64,000 nt of DNA, taken from assembly GCF_040938485.1 (NCBI RefSeq), contig NW_027272210.1, forward strand, positions 62,001 to 126,000, written 5' to 3'. A model generated the notes under the pieces. It saw only the letters and a list, made by a program, of their open reading frames with translations. It was not told the DNA's origin and did no database searches. This stretch comes from Diadema antillarum (lineage: Eukaryota). This document shows positions 11,527-24,601 of this stretch, piece after piece; the stretch's first letter is position 1; every line of letters starts with the position of its first letter. Position numbers and translations under genes: made by a program.

Positions 11527-11736
11527 TTCTATGACATTCGCTCCTGAGACAATTGTTCCCATGAAATATCTGAACGCTAAACCAAACATAAATTCTATCC
11601 ACAAACACAACCCTAACCCTAATCCTCACATCAACTTAACCCAAAACTTTATCACAACCCTAACCCTAACCCTAAGTCGTTGGAGAAAACAAGACCGGAG
11701 CAACTGTTGCAGGAGCAAATAAAATGTTGTGTCACC
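11527..11736. mobile_element. MITE with internal telomere-like (CCCTAA)n repeats
   Basis: Inverted ends attcgctcctgagacaattgttcc / ggagcaactgttgcaggagcaaat enclose accctaaccctaaccctaa runs. Confidence 0.65.
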
Positions 11737-12113
11737 GCTCACAACAGACCAACTATTCTCAGTTCAGACTTCAAGGGAGAACATCTTGTGTGAAGGTAAT
11801 GGTCACCATCTGAGTCTGCATGAAAGATTTCCCGTGTCTATCAAATGTAACAATGCCCAAGAATTGACACCATTGATGGTATTTCTCTTCCCATCCCCAT
11901 TTTTTTCTTTTCCATGAAAAATCAAAGCAAAATCAGATTCCCTTCACACAGAATGGACAGAAAATGTGTCAGTTTAGCCTTACACTGAACACTGAAATGT
12001 AAAACAAAACAAAAAACCAGTAACTTTGTACTTAAAGACTCCATTTCTGCTTTGTTTTGTTTTGTTATAATCTATTTATTCATTTATTTATCTATTTATA
12101 TATCTATATATCT

Positions 12114-12301
12114 NNNNNNNNNNNNNNNNNNNNNNNNNNNNNNNNNNNNNNNNNNNNNNNNNNNNNNNNNNNNNNNNNNNNNNNNNNNNNNNNNNNNNNN
12201 NNNNNNNNNNNNNNNNNNNNNNNNNNNNNNNNNNNNNNNNNNNNNNNNNNNNNNNNNNNNNNNNNNNNNNNNNNNNNNNNNNNNNNNNNNNNNNNNNNNN
12301 N
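12114..12301. other. Assembly gap (188 N)
   Basis: Run of N. Confidence 1.
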
Positions 12302-13182
12302 CTGTATTTACTGAGTATGGTCTGGTATTGCCACTGCTACCTCTTAGTATGACTCAGTGTTAAGGCTCCATAATACAACTTCACCTGTAACAGACTATCC
12401 ATCATGCTGGTACGTGTATTCATCAGTTGACAACTAGTCAGAAGTTGGTGAACTGTGAGGGCCGAAAGTGATTTCTGAAGACACACAAAGACTAATGATT
12501 TTTTAATCAATTTTTTTCTAGGGTTTGTGCAAAAAAACACGGCATGCCACCACCGGAAGAAAACACAGGTTTCCTATCATTATTATTATTTTTTCTGACC
12601 TGCTAGCAGTTAGACTTTGTTCTCATGACCAGCTAGGTCCCTAGTTTCATCTGGGGTAGCAGTTTTCTGTTTTTGTTTTTGTTTTAAATCTACACTGTGC
12701 TCAAGCCGACTTTCACAAAAGGAGAAGAACAATAGAACAATGTCAGTTCATGGATCACCACATTGCAGGGGCTGCAGAAGGGGGGGGGGGGGGATTACAG
12801 GTCCTGGGGTGGGGCAACCCCTCCCAGCTTACAAGGGAAGAATCTCAGGAAAGAACCGTTTGTTTTACTGAACATTTTTTTTTTCCTGTTTTGTTTTTCT
12901 TTTGTTTTGTTAAGATCCCTCACCCCACCCCAAGAACAAGTTATACTTGCTAAATTAGTAAGAAGAGATTATTCTTCTACTTTTGTGACTGGAACTGGAA
13001 CTGGACTATCTGTTTGATTTCACTTCTTCCAATTTCAGCTTGAACATGGTGCGGGGAACCCCCTTTAAAGTCATGGAAATAATGAACTCTCACCCTGGGT
13101 AAGAACAGCAGGAACAGTGGTAACACGAAATGTAGTTTACATAAAGAGTGGTATTACATTGAAGGAAAAGTGACATAAAGAG

Positions 13183-13421
13183 TACTGTATATGCCATATA
13201 TTTCGCGAATCTAAATTTTCGTGAATCGGGACTTCCCAACAATTTCCCGAGTGGTTAAATTTGCAATCGTGGAGTCCTGTACTGAATGGAGAATATGTAT
13301 ACGCGTACGTCACATGCATATTGGCATTAAGAGTCAATATTTTCGTGTGTTTTCAATTTTGCGAACAGCAGCTGACTCGCGAAATTCGCGAAACCTCAAG
13401 AAATATTCGGCGTATACAGTA
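13183..13421. mobile_element. TA-flanked MITE (Tc1/mariner superfamily, Tc2-like ends), subfamily A
   Basis: TACTGTATATGCC...GGCGTATACAGTA terminal inverted repeats (TIRs); close copy at 24357-24601. Confidence 0.85.
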
Positions 13422-13508
13422 TTATGATTGTGCACCATGCTGAGTATCGGAAGACCACTTTGTTACTTTCTACTACTGTACATGTAGTACTACAACGATA
13501 GTACACTA

Positions 13509-13672
13509 CAGGGGCCGATCCAGGTATTCTGTAATGGGGAGGTGCCTCTGCAAAATTAAAGGGGGGGGGGTGCACATGCCCCCCTCCATTTTTCTTTTTA
13601 TTTCGTTTTATTTATCTATTTAAAAAAAAAGAAGAAAAAAACCCAGTGCGCCCCCACCTGGATCCACCAATG
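13509..13672. mobile_element. Short non-autonomous element with CAGGGGC(C/G)GATCCAG-type inverted ends
   Basis: caggggccgatccag ... ctggatccaccaatg with internal poly-G/poly-C and A/T tracts. Confidence 0.5.
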
Positions 13673-14250
13673 CATGTACCTCAAATCATTGAAGGTATCA
13701 GTGTACATGTATGCTACACCAAGTGCTGTATATTCCCATCCCTTTTCTGAAAGGAAATATCGATAAATCGTTTGCTATCCAACTCTGTATTTGGATCCAT
13801 GCTTCAAAGTTTGTTTGGTTGGTTGGTTTTATTTCTGCAGTTTTCATCATTTCAATACAAAATAACATCATTAACAATATTTTTGCACAGGCAATCCTAT
13901 GTATTATTTCTTCAGCATGACATTTGGTTCTTATATCTGAATGCTAGTACATGTACAAATATTGTATATCGTCGCTGGAGCGATAAGACCTCGTATCTAC
14001 AAAATGTCAAATGTTCAGGAGAGCCAAAAAACATGGTGGCCAAAGCACTGTGGCGAATAGGATAGCCTTTCCTTTGACATGCCGTGGTGGCTTCATTTTT
14101 GGAGTAAGACAGTTGGGATTTGGACAGGACATCACTTAACCCATTATTTGACAATTAATCCAAAAAAACTCATTTTCACCAAAATTGCAGATACAAGGTC
14201 TTATCACCCCAGTGACGATACAATTGATGCAATACAACCATCTTTTCAGG

Positions 14251-14774
14251 TACAGTGCACTCCCGTTATAACGAAATGCTCGGGACCGGCAGTTTTCTTT
14301 CGTTATAACGAAATTTCGTTATAACCGAACAAATACGATATATGGTGAAAACAAGGAAACCACGTATATATATCATAATTCTGCTTGCTGAATGCTCATC
14401 ATACACTGCAAAGCTATGTGAAATGTGATGGGATAACTGTATTACAATAATAAACGCAAGTTCCCCTCAGAAACTGTGCGTGACACAAGGAGCGAACACA
14501 CAGTGGTGTGAAGCGTTCACCCATGCAGAGACGCTATAAATGCTTGTTCCGCTACGTATTTTCGAACGCAATTCGCATTTCGTTATAACGGAGCACATTT
14601 CTTTTGTTTTTCTTTGTCTGTGGCGCTTGGAAAAGACTTCGTTATAACGGAAATTTCGCTATAACCGTGTTCATTATAAGCGAATTTTATACCATAGACT
14701 TTAATGGTGATAATTTTGGGACCAGAAGATTTACTTCGTTATAACCGTGTTTGTTGTAACGGGAGTGCACTGTA
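14251..14774. mobile_element. Tigger/pogo-like MITE
   Basis: TA|CAGTGCACTCCCGTTA...TAACGGGAGTGCACTG|TA; repeated subterminal gttataacg motifs. Confidence 0.9.
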
Positions 14775-15186
14775 GTCAAGATATCATATTTATTATGATT
14801 CAAAGACAAGTGATCATCTACCACAAGGCTAACAATTGTTTGAAACCTGCTTACGGTTGTCAAGGTCTGTATAAATAACTTCTAGTTAACAGAATCAGTG
14901 AGAATTTTTCCATGATACACTTAACTCCCTTGAAATAACAGTCCAATATGGCTGTTAAAATATGAAAAAGATTAACATGGGTTTCTTGATTCACAGACAA
15001 AGATTCCACATGAGGCATTTCATATTCTGGAAAAATCATACTCGTCTCAAATAGATTTTTAGACAGAATTTTATACAGAAAGAGAGAAAACTAAAGAGGT
15101 AATCATCCTTTTCTCAAGACACTCTCTTTAAACAAGATGAAAAATAAATATAAACAAATACAACCTAGCACATTTCACATTTCGAT

Positions 15187-15362
15187 GCAGTGCGCTCCTG
15201 TTACAACAAATATGGTTATAACAAAATTTTTGATACAATAAAGATTGAGGACTCCAAATTACTATCTATATAGGTTTTTATAGTTTACTGTTTGGCAATA
15301 ACAAAATTTTGATGTAAAAGAAAACTGCCATTCCTGAGGACTCTGTTATAATCAGAATCACC
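15187..15362. mobile_element. Degenerate fragment related to the 14.25-kb MITE family
   Basis: cagtgcgctcctgttacaac start and repeated ttataac motifs. Confidence 0.5.
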
Positions 15363-16408
15363 TGTTTCTGTACAACTTTTTCTATAAGCAATTGGCTTTC
15401 ATGCCAGTTTCTGGCTTTTGTCAATGGAACCCAGATAATTGTGGAATATGTTGCAATGTAGAGCCCTTACTTTAAAAAAGATAAATAAAGAAAGAGATGG
15501 ACAGATCATTCTATGGGCATCAAGCAACACTGTCTCATAACTGCTAATATCGGCACGTCAAGAAAGGGAGCAAAAGGCGGGTCTGGAGTGTGTGGGCTTC
15601 CTGCATAATTATTGTGTGCACCTGAGTACAATCGTACTTTCGTTTGCATGACAGAGGGCAGTGTTCAAACACATTTCCAGTGAATAAATTCAATGTGCAA
15701 AGATGACACATACATCCTTGGAGGACAGTCATCAAATAATCAAAGGAGAATAAACCCTGCCACATGATTGGAATAAATCTGTATGTACTTTTACCCTTAT
15801 CATCAATCTCCATGTCTTTTTCCCATGAGCACCATCATAAACAGCTCTTGACATCAAACGTAAACAACTTGCCTTTTTTAATGACAGAGTTACAAAGGAC
15901 AACAACATAGCATTCAAAGTTCCTTGTAATGCAAGGATATAGCTACATGTACAAAGGAAATCAAAGCTTCCAAATCAACTGGTGATAACTGTCTGCAAGC
16001 AAAATGTTCTAGATGGTGGTGGTGGGGGTAGCTGTGAAACATTTGCTCCATCACCTGCATTGCCCAGAAAGTTCACCCCAACGGTGAACTCTCACCGTTA
16101 AAACACTGCAGTACACATGTCCCATGACAGTAGAGTACCAAAGTTCAAATACAGGTATCCAGTGTGTGTTGTCTAACCACCTCTGAGGGAACAAATATCC
16201 ATACAGCACGGTTGCAACATTGTAACAAGGTTGGCAGTGCTGGCAGGATTCCACTTTAATAACTGCATGGTGCTGACTACAAAGGGGATTATGCTAGAAG
16301 AAGAAATTCAGCAATTTTGTCTTTCCAAGTAAAAGTCCATTGAATCTTGGAGATGCCTTGTTTGCAAGGCTACACTGAGAAGCCAGAAATATATGACAAG
16401 GCAGTGAG

Positions 16409-16643
16409 TACTGTGAAACCAGAAATATTTGCGTGCATGAAACTTTCACGAATTTCGCGAGGAGCCGAGAATCGTAAAAGTGATATGCATGTGATTTTTT
16501 TTTCAACACAATGCAGTCAACACCAGTGGCAATTTCGTGAATTTCGTGAAAGTTTCATGCCACTGAAAAGGTTGTCGGCTCCAATTCATGAAAATTTCAT
16601 GCTGCGAATGTTTCACGCCATGAATGATTCTGGTTTTATAGTA
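16409..16643. mobile_element. TA-flanked MITE (Tc2-like ends), just downstream of the RFC3 stop codon
   Basis: TACTGTGAAACC...GGTTTTATAGTA; internal tttcgcga/cgcgaaa motifs shared with the other copies. Confidence 0.75.
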
Positions 16644-16691
16644 TCACGACCTGCACTTGACAACAGATGGGAGTACAAGAGATAGCATCAC

Positions 16692-19600
16692 TCAGAGCAT
16701 CATGGCCTCGAAGCCCTCCTCCAGGAATCTCTTGTAGATGCTCATGAACTTGGCGACAAAGGCCTCCAGGTGGTAGATGGCCTTGTTGCCCTGCTGCATC
16801 CGGTGCTCGTAGAACGCCGCCACGTGCGTGATCTCCGTCTTCAGCTGACCGTCGCAGTTCTTCAGCAGCTCTTTCAGTAGGCCCTGCAGTGATGAAATAA
16901 ATCAGTTTGCAGTTAGTGATGGTTTGAATGGCCCTGAATTCAAAAGCATCAGAGCAAAACAATTGCAAATCTAATACCATGCACTTACATTACCCTATTT
17001 TTTTTTTAATACTAACAAGCTCCTTTGAATGTATAAGAACTTTCTTTCACTGCAACACAAAGAAACCATTCAGCTGCTGACTACAACATAGCTCATTACA
17101 ACTCTGTGTCTCATTACGCTGCTCTTTTCATTGACCAGTATCTGCTCTTATGTGCAACATGTAACTTTGAGCTGGTCTACAGTATTTTCCATTTAGGGGT
17201 TACATACATATATACACACACTGGGTTGTTCTCACTGCTGGGTACTGACTTGCTCTGTTTTGGATGATGCAGAATTCAAAAGATTTATTTTTCTACTTTA
17301 GGTGGGGAAGAGGTGATCATTGATGACAGAAGTTTCATTCAGTGAAGGTTTTTGTTGAGCAAGAGATTAAAAATTGTATAAATTGAGATGATAGTCATAG
17401 CTCTGTATAGGCTATGGGGCAGTTTTCCTGATGAATTGAATTTTTGGATAAGGCAGCCTGTTAATCTTGACAGTTACTTGTTATTTTTGTGTTAAGATAT
17501 AAATTGCATCATTTTTCCACATTTTATTATTGATTTGATAGTGACTAATGTAAAACACAACATTTTCGCGGCAAAAAATTTTCGCGACTTGCCTCTAACA
17601 TTCAACACACATAGTGTAAACAAGAACTTTCGCGTGCAATCTAATTTTGTGAATCTTGGCTCACGTGAAATTCGCAAAATTAAAATGCATGCGAACATTC
17701 CTCGTTTTACAGTATATCTTCTTTTTGTTGATAAGTGTGTATCATCAGATCATTACGTTTCAAGGACTACAGCTCTGATGGCTATTGCTTCTGTGCATCA
17801 AAGATATTGTGCTTAGCATCTTTCAAACGACACATAACAACACATAATTCCAACTTTAATAAGGTGATCTCTTCTCTCCTTGTGCTGACATTTACTGCTT
17901 ACATTGAAGACAAAAAAATTAGAGCTCAGTCTGAGGAATCACAGTCTGCAAGAATCTTCAGCCTACTGAAGGAGGCAGACTTAATCATCATCAGAAGATG
18001 AAACCACCAAAAAGTGAAGCATCATTAAAAAAATTGATAATAATTCTGCCTTCTTGGTCTTCGAGGGGTATCACACATTGTCACCTTGAGAATCACGTCT
18101 GGAGGGATGCAGTGGGTGAGCAGCTCGTAGAGACGACCCCTGACCTCTAGGAGCTGCTTGGGGCTCTGCTGCTGGATGATGCTGTTGGCCGTTTCCCTGA
18201 GGAAGACCTCCCAGTCAGCCTCTGGGATGTCCTGGTCAGCACTGAGTGGATACCTGAGGAGTGGTCATCAGATAATTATGATAATCATCATCATCATCAT
18301 CAACATCTTATATTTATGAAAAGAGAAGTTATGGCATTTGCAGATGTGCTCTTCTGTCACAGGTTATTGTTTTACTTTTACTTTCTGAATAGACATGTAT
18401 ATACATATATTTANNNNNNNNNNNNNNNNNNNNNNNNNNNNNNNNNNNNNNNNNNNNNNNNNNNNNNNNNNNNNNNNNNNNNNNNNNNNNNNNNNNNNNN
18501 NNNNNNNNNNNNNNNNNNNNNNNNNNNNNNNNNNNNNNNNNNNNNNNNNNNNNNNNNNNNNNNNNNNNNNNNNNNNNNNNNNNNNNNNNNNNNNNNNNNN
18601 NNNNNNNNNNNNNNNNNNNNNNNNNNNNNNNNNNNNNNNNNNNNNNNNNNNNATTACCATTATTTATTATCATCATCATCATTATTAAATCAAATCATAG
18701 TTAATGATGTGAATTCATATCTTCAAGTTCAAAGCCACTTAAGGCCTGAAGTCTTCCACTGAGGTGAGACTTCAGGTGGAACCACGCCACCACTAACATT
18801 TCATAACATGGCCTGTTACATAAAAAATGGATGTACCCGTAGATTAACAAAGCATTAAGTTTATCAGCACTCAAAGCCCAGAAAAGAAAGAAAGAAAGAA
18901 AGAAAAAACATCTAATTTGTGGTCAAGACAAAATCTTGTTTAATAGATTAAAAGTGTCCTATATACTGTTCTACCTCTTGTTTCAACCTATGCACTCATC
19001 AGTTTCTAAATTGCCTAATAGTTCAATATGTCATTCAATCCATTTGCCAGTTTACTCACTGCTGTACTTTGCATGCTTCACAAGCCAGAATGGCTTTCCT
19101 CAGATTTCTGTCAGACTTTTCAGCAATTCTCCGTCCAAGTTCTGGTGGCAGAGTCACACCCTCCTTCTTGCAAACTGCTTGCAAAATCTGTCCTATCTGA
19201 AAAGACATATATTTGCATGTACAACATCATGTTTTTTGCTGGTATGGATGGAATGGGGTAAAAGCTAAATTCTGTCTCATATGCAATAATTCTTTGATAC
19301 AACCGTGGTTTCTAATCACTACAAATTCTCAGTTCCTGAGTGTCATATACAGCTTGAGGATAGATCGTTAACAATGAAGATCCTCTGCAACTCATACCCT
19401 TCCCCTTTTGCCTACTCTCTACTTCCCCCCAAACATTTTTGCTTTAGATGATTTCATTCTTTGCTATACAACCCACTCAAATGTCCAAATGTACAAAAAA
19501 AAAAAAAAGAAAAACCCAAACAAACTCTTGTCAAGAAGTACACTAGACAAATGTGAATTAAATCTTTGATTTTAAAAAAAAAAAAAATCTTTACTGCAAG

Positions 19601-22600
19601 AAACCAATCTGCAAGATGCCTTTGTAATGTACAGAAAGTAGAAGAGTAAAAGAAAAATTACATTTATCACTGCCGAAGCTGAGAATTGTTTGATCGCATG
19701 ATCGGTTTGAGTTTGGAGTAAAAAAAAAATATCTATGGAGTGTAGTACATTCACCACAAACGCAAAATTCATCATCACACCTTTAGTTGAAATCGATGTT
19801 TTTTTTTTCTTCATTTTTTTCATTTTTTTTTTCTACTAAAGTAATGACAAAAACACTCGTATCTGTCCAGTGTACCTCATCAATAGATGGTGCTGCCACC
19901 CTGATACCAAGACAGCGGCTGCGTATGGCTGGAATAACCTTGCTGGTTGAGTTGCAGCACAGGATCAGGCGACAAGTGGCTGTGTACTTCTCCATGGTGC
20001 GGCGCAAAGCATGCTGGGCATCTTTAGTCAGACGGTCAACCTCAGTCAGAACCACAACTGTATGTTTGGAGGAGATATTTACTGCACACATGTATGACGA
20101 AGGTGTAACACATGAAAGTGCTCTGTGTCTCATTTCCCCTCTTTGCAGAGCACATGTGGCTGACATTTTTATTTGACATTCAATCACATTACTTGTCTTT
20201 TCAGGAAAACTGATTGGGCTGAAAAAGGAATTGAGTATTTATCAAGTCTCTAAATAATTTTAGGGTTTCTTACTAACAGAACATTGCTGATTATTTCAAT
20301 ATGATTGAAGTGTTCAGGGGGAATAATCATATTTTGCATTCCTGAGATATATTTGTTAGATACTCACCCAAAATAAGCTTTGCACCATTTCAAGAAAATT
20401 CTAAAGATCACTACTATTCCATGAGAAAGTCTGGCGAAGGAATGTACACACAGTCAAACATACACACACACATACACACACACGAAATAAGAATTACACT
20501 GAAACGTTTGACACTCTAAAACTTTGGACATCAAATGGTGGTTTGAATAAGGGCCATGAATTCAATAATAAATCAAATTGACATCCATGATTCATTAATT
20601 TTCACCTTTAAAATCCTTCTGTGAAGCAGTCTCAATCTGCTGGGACTGTGCTGTATTCTTGATTAGATCCTGGATCACAATACGATCATAGATCCCTGCA
20701 TCACTGGAATAAATAAAATCAAAAGCCAGACTCCAGATTTCAACCCATTTATGTTGGTGGGATCATAAAGAAATATACATGTACAGTCAACCTTGCTCGA
20801 GTCGACCTTGTATAAGCCAAAAGTCTTTCCATGTCCTCTTCTCTTTATATTCTCTAATCTTAATCTCTCATAAGTCAAATTTTCTCAAAAAGTGGATGCT
20901 ATTTCTTCAATCCAAATAGATATGACTTGTGGAAGGTTGACTGTATTAGCACAACAAAGGTACATACATTATTTGCTCTGGTCACAGAAGTTAAAAGATC
21001 ACATATCTCATGCAAACAAGCTGCACTATTATGAAAGACACATTTCTAGAAATCACTGGCCCTTGAATTTCACTTTGTGCACGAGTAAAAAAAAAAAAAA
21101 GGTTATATGCCATGGCAGGTATGTTGGCTTTTGAATTCACTAAAATAGGCACCTGTGATGTAATTACTATTAATGGAATCCTTTTAAATGGTGCTTGCCT
21201 ACATATTCATCTGATAGCATCAAAGCATTCATTATAGCCTATCATTTGGTAATGGTAATAGATAAAATGTGTTAGTATGTCAAATAAAACAATAAAGGAA
21301 ATGGAAGTTTCCCCAAGTGTTAATTAACAGGCCATTCTGGTCACCTAGTATATGTAAGTCCATTCTTTGTTTGAACATGATTTCCATAAATTGTTATGTT
21401 GGGTAAGCATATGTATTATGTTTGAAGATGAAAGAAGTGCCTGAGGTTAGCACAGATGAGTTCTTTTGGCAGTTTGAAACCTCTGTTAATAAAAACATCA
21501 CTCTCCAAAATTTTACAGGTTCAAATAGTACTGGTCACAATGTATTACTGGATTTGTTACAAATTACAAACCTTGGATTGACTTCAATGTGATAGTTGCT
21601 TGCAATGGTTGTGACTTCAATCTTGCTCTTTGATGGTGTCTGAAATAAATAAAAAGGAAGAAATACAGTGCACAGTATTCCATTAATGCAGCAAGACATG
21701 CTTAATAGTGATTACCTGGTAATATTCTTTCCAGTCATTATGAAGTAACACGAACTCCCTATAATGCTATTAAAACAACCCGAGACATATTTCATGATGG
21801 TCACATAACAGAGTGCCTTCTAGCTTCAAATTCTTCACAGGAATTTTTACAGCATGTACAAGTGAAATTAAAAAAGAAAAAACAACATGACCTACCTCCT
21901 ACAAAGGCAGGCACAGTCAGCATTTTCACATAAACACACACATAACAGCCAGGCTTTTTAAAATTCAATAAGTGGTCAGGTAAGGCCACTCCTTATCAAA
22001 ACAGAGAAACACTCCTGGACTTTTCAGGACCCTGGTGTCACAAAATAACATTCACCCTCCAAAGTACTCTCTTCTGGTACTTACCAAGTGAGTTATGTCT
22101 TTTAACCATGCCAAATTTGTACATCATAGCAATAACAACACCTGTATGGATGTGAAGTTATCCATTCTAACCTTTTTTTCCCCCCTCCCTAGATGCAATA
22201 GATCTATACCAAGCATTCCTGGCATAACAACTTTCACTTACTGTGAATGTCTGGTGCTCAATGCGCAGCTTCTCCACTCCTGAGCCATACAGTTCACGCA
22301 AGGTGCACATAATCCTGGTTTTCTTGCCGGCTCCCGACGGTCCATAGACCAAGAGATGAGGAAAGTCGCCACATTGTACCTGATAGTAACGAGATAGACA
22401 GATTATAATCTTTGGTAGTTTAACACTCTTCAATAAAACTTGCAGACAGTAGACCTGTAGCAGTTCAATTTTTCTCCGTTTCTCTCATCTCCAAAATCTC
22501 ACCCTCTCCCACTCTCTCTGGGTAACTGATCCTCTCCCTTTGCTTGTTCTCCTCAAATAATCAGTTTCCCTTTCGTGTATACTATTATTTCAGCAAACTC

Positions 22601-23792
22601 TCTAATGATAATTTGCGAGCGTCCACTCGCCAGAGTGTCCTACAGCGGATACAAATTCCTAGTATTCTAACCCAGATGGTGGAACAATTTTCTCTCGTGG
22701 TTTGTCAACGGACACCACCCAACGTTCACTCGGCTTCGTAGGCTGATGCCGCTGTAATGTACATAAATAAGGCCGCCCATAAATAATCCCAAAATGAGGT
22801 AATTGCTTGTCAACACTGACCACTGATTTGTAACTTTCTTTAACCCCATTGTTTTACTACCTACAAGAGAGGCGAGTCACCCCCTGCTAAGATTGTGTAT
22901 AAATACAGACTGCTGAATAAACAATGTATTGAAAAACAGTGACTTGCTCAACAACTCGCCCACATGAAACCTCTCCGAATAAAACCTCTGAATATTCCAT
23001 GTACGACCTGTGTGCCTGGGCCCTGATGTCTCATTTTTCTTCATATGACTGATTAGTTTCAGTTTTGGGTGTTAACGACTCCTTATCTTTCTAACTAGCT
23101 AATCTTTTATCATTAAAGTCACAAAACCAAAACAAAAAGACCTAGCCAGGTATCTGACCGGACCTAACGTTAAAGCTTTTTGATGTCTCACCAAATCACG
23201 TCAAAATTTATGATTAATCTGTGAAAAACATTATAAGGTATTTGTAAATCCTACATTATTATGGCAACATATATTGGCATTACCATTCATTGTCATTTGA
23301 GCATGTCGAGTGAAATCGAGTCTACCTAGATTCTAGCGTTAGACCTAAATTCATATGGTGCACGTGATCGATGTGTCAGTCAGTGACATGTTTTTGCCGG
23401 TGGTTGGCAGGTCCTGTAATGGATTGATTCAAGCCATTGACCACCAACTGTCTACTTAAATTTACATTTACTACCACTACTATGGCACTAGCGGTGACTA
23501 GGTGCTAGTGGCAAGTACTCAAGTATTTTAGTGCTGCTGAGTGCTGAGCTGAGCCGAGTAAAGCAACGTCCCTTAACCAACACACATTCAGGCGTATGGG
23601 ACCATTAGGATATCATTTAGACTAGTTCGGCATCAAACGAAGTCGAAATAGATACTGCGTATACTGGAAGGCATCATCGCTTAAAATGACCCAAACAGTA
23701 CTTACTAATTTCTTTAAATTCGAAGCTTGTTCCTTGTGGTAATCTAGTTTTGAAAGAGAGGTAGGACGGTGTTTATCAACCCACAAACTCAT
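16692..23792 (-). CDS. RFC3: Replication factor C subunit 3, 356 aa
   Basis: Exons 23792-23706 (87), 22379-22242 (138), 21639-21572 (68), 20703-20606 (98), 20057-19876 (182), 19196-19060 (137), 18253-18085 (169), 16883-16692 (192) = 1071 nt; all introns GT-AG and in phase. [10 protein letters not shown]..., Walker [39 protein letters not shown] motif in IRSRC, ...[14 protein letters not shown]. Same length as I recall for human RFC3. Confidence 0.98.
17546..17714. mobile_element. TA-flanked MITE (Tc2-like ends)
   Basis: TAATGTAAAAC...GTTTTACAGTA; clearly homologous to 44076-44246, 54063-54264 and 56392-56610. Confidence 0.8.
18414..18652. other. Assembly gap (239 N) in RFC3 intron 6
   Basis: Run of N; the flanking exons join in phase, so no coding exon is missing. 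Confidence 1.
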
Positions 23793-23828
23793 TTTTGCGA
23801 CAGTCTTATTCTCGCGCGCGATCACAAA

Positions 23829-23836
23829 TTTCCCGC
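23829..23836. promoter_or_regulatory. E2F site TTTCCCGC upstream of the RFC3 ATG
   Basis: Match to TTTSSCGC 37-44 nt upstream of the start codon in a CpG-rich patch; RFC genes are established E2F targets. Confidence 0.55.
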
Positions 23837-24356
23837 ACTCTACGATTTTTTTTTTTCTTTCTTGTTACGAGTACTTAGTCTTTAGCGGGTCGTTTGGTAC
23901 ATGTAATTGCAATTTGGCATCAGTCCTGTGGTGTATGCTGAAGAGGCCAGCTTATCGCCGCTTCCGTTGTTATGCCAACGTAATTTCTAACATTTGCCAG
24001 GGAGAGTCATATCTCAGTAACTTTATCGATACTGTCAAAAACATTTGTTATGTTATGAGTTATTGGAAAGATTTTTTTTTTGGTTCTCTATTTGATGATG
24101 ACCTTACTTTTAAAACAATGAAAATGGTGTTTATCTGCAATTGCAAACTCTTCAAATATTTTTGAATATAGGACCTACAAATATATGTATATAAATGATC
24201 ACATTTTAACATCATTTTCAGTTTTTCAGCGGCTTCAATCTCAAATATCTCAAGATGGTAAGAAGGTAGGCCTATATTTCAAGTTTTACTTTTAGATTTT
24301 CATATAACACATACATCTACACTCTCTATCTATCTATCTATCTATCTACCAGTATC

Positions 24357-24601
24357 TACTGTATACGCCATATATTTCGCGAGTCAAAATTTTCTCGAAT
24401 CGGGAATTCCCGACGATTTTGTGAGTGGTTAAATTCGTGATCGTGGAGTCGTGTACTGGACAGAGAAGTGTACACGTGTACGTCACATTCACATATGGGA
24501 TCAAAGTCAATATTTTCGCATGTCTTTAATTTCGCGAATAGCACCTGACTCGCGAAATTTGCGAAAATAAAAACCTCGTGAAATATTCGGCGCATACAGT
24601 A
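24357..24601. mobile_element. TA-flanked MITE, subfamily A
   Basis: TACTGTATACGCC...GGCGCATACAGTA; homologous to 13183-13421. Confidence 0.85.

Noticed and set aside
12052-12363. ORFs spanning N runs (also 18316-18762 and 35528-35894)
   Set aside because: Artefacts of translating assembly gaps.
16636-16980. 114-aa minus ORF over the RFC3 last exon
   Set aside because: Alternative frame of the GC-rich RFC3 exon; the true frame is fixed by the splice phase.
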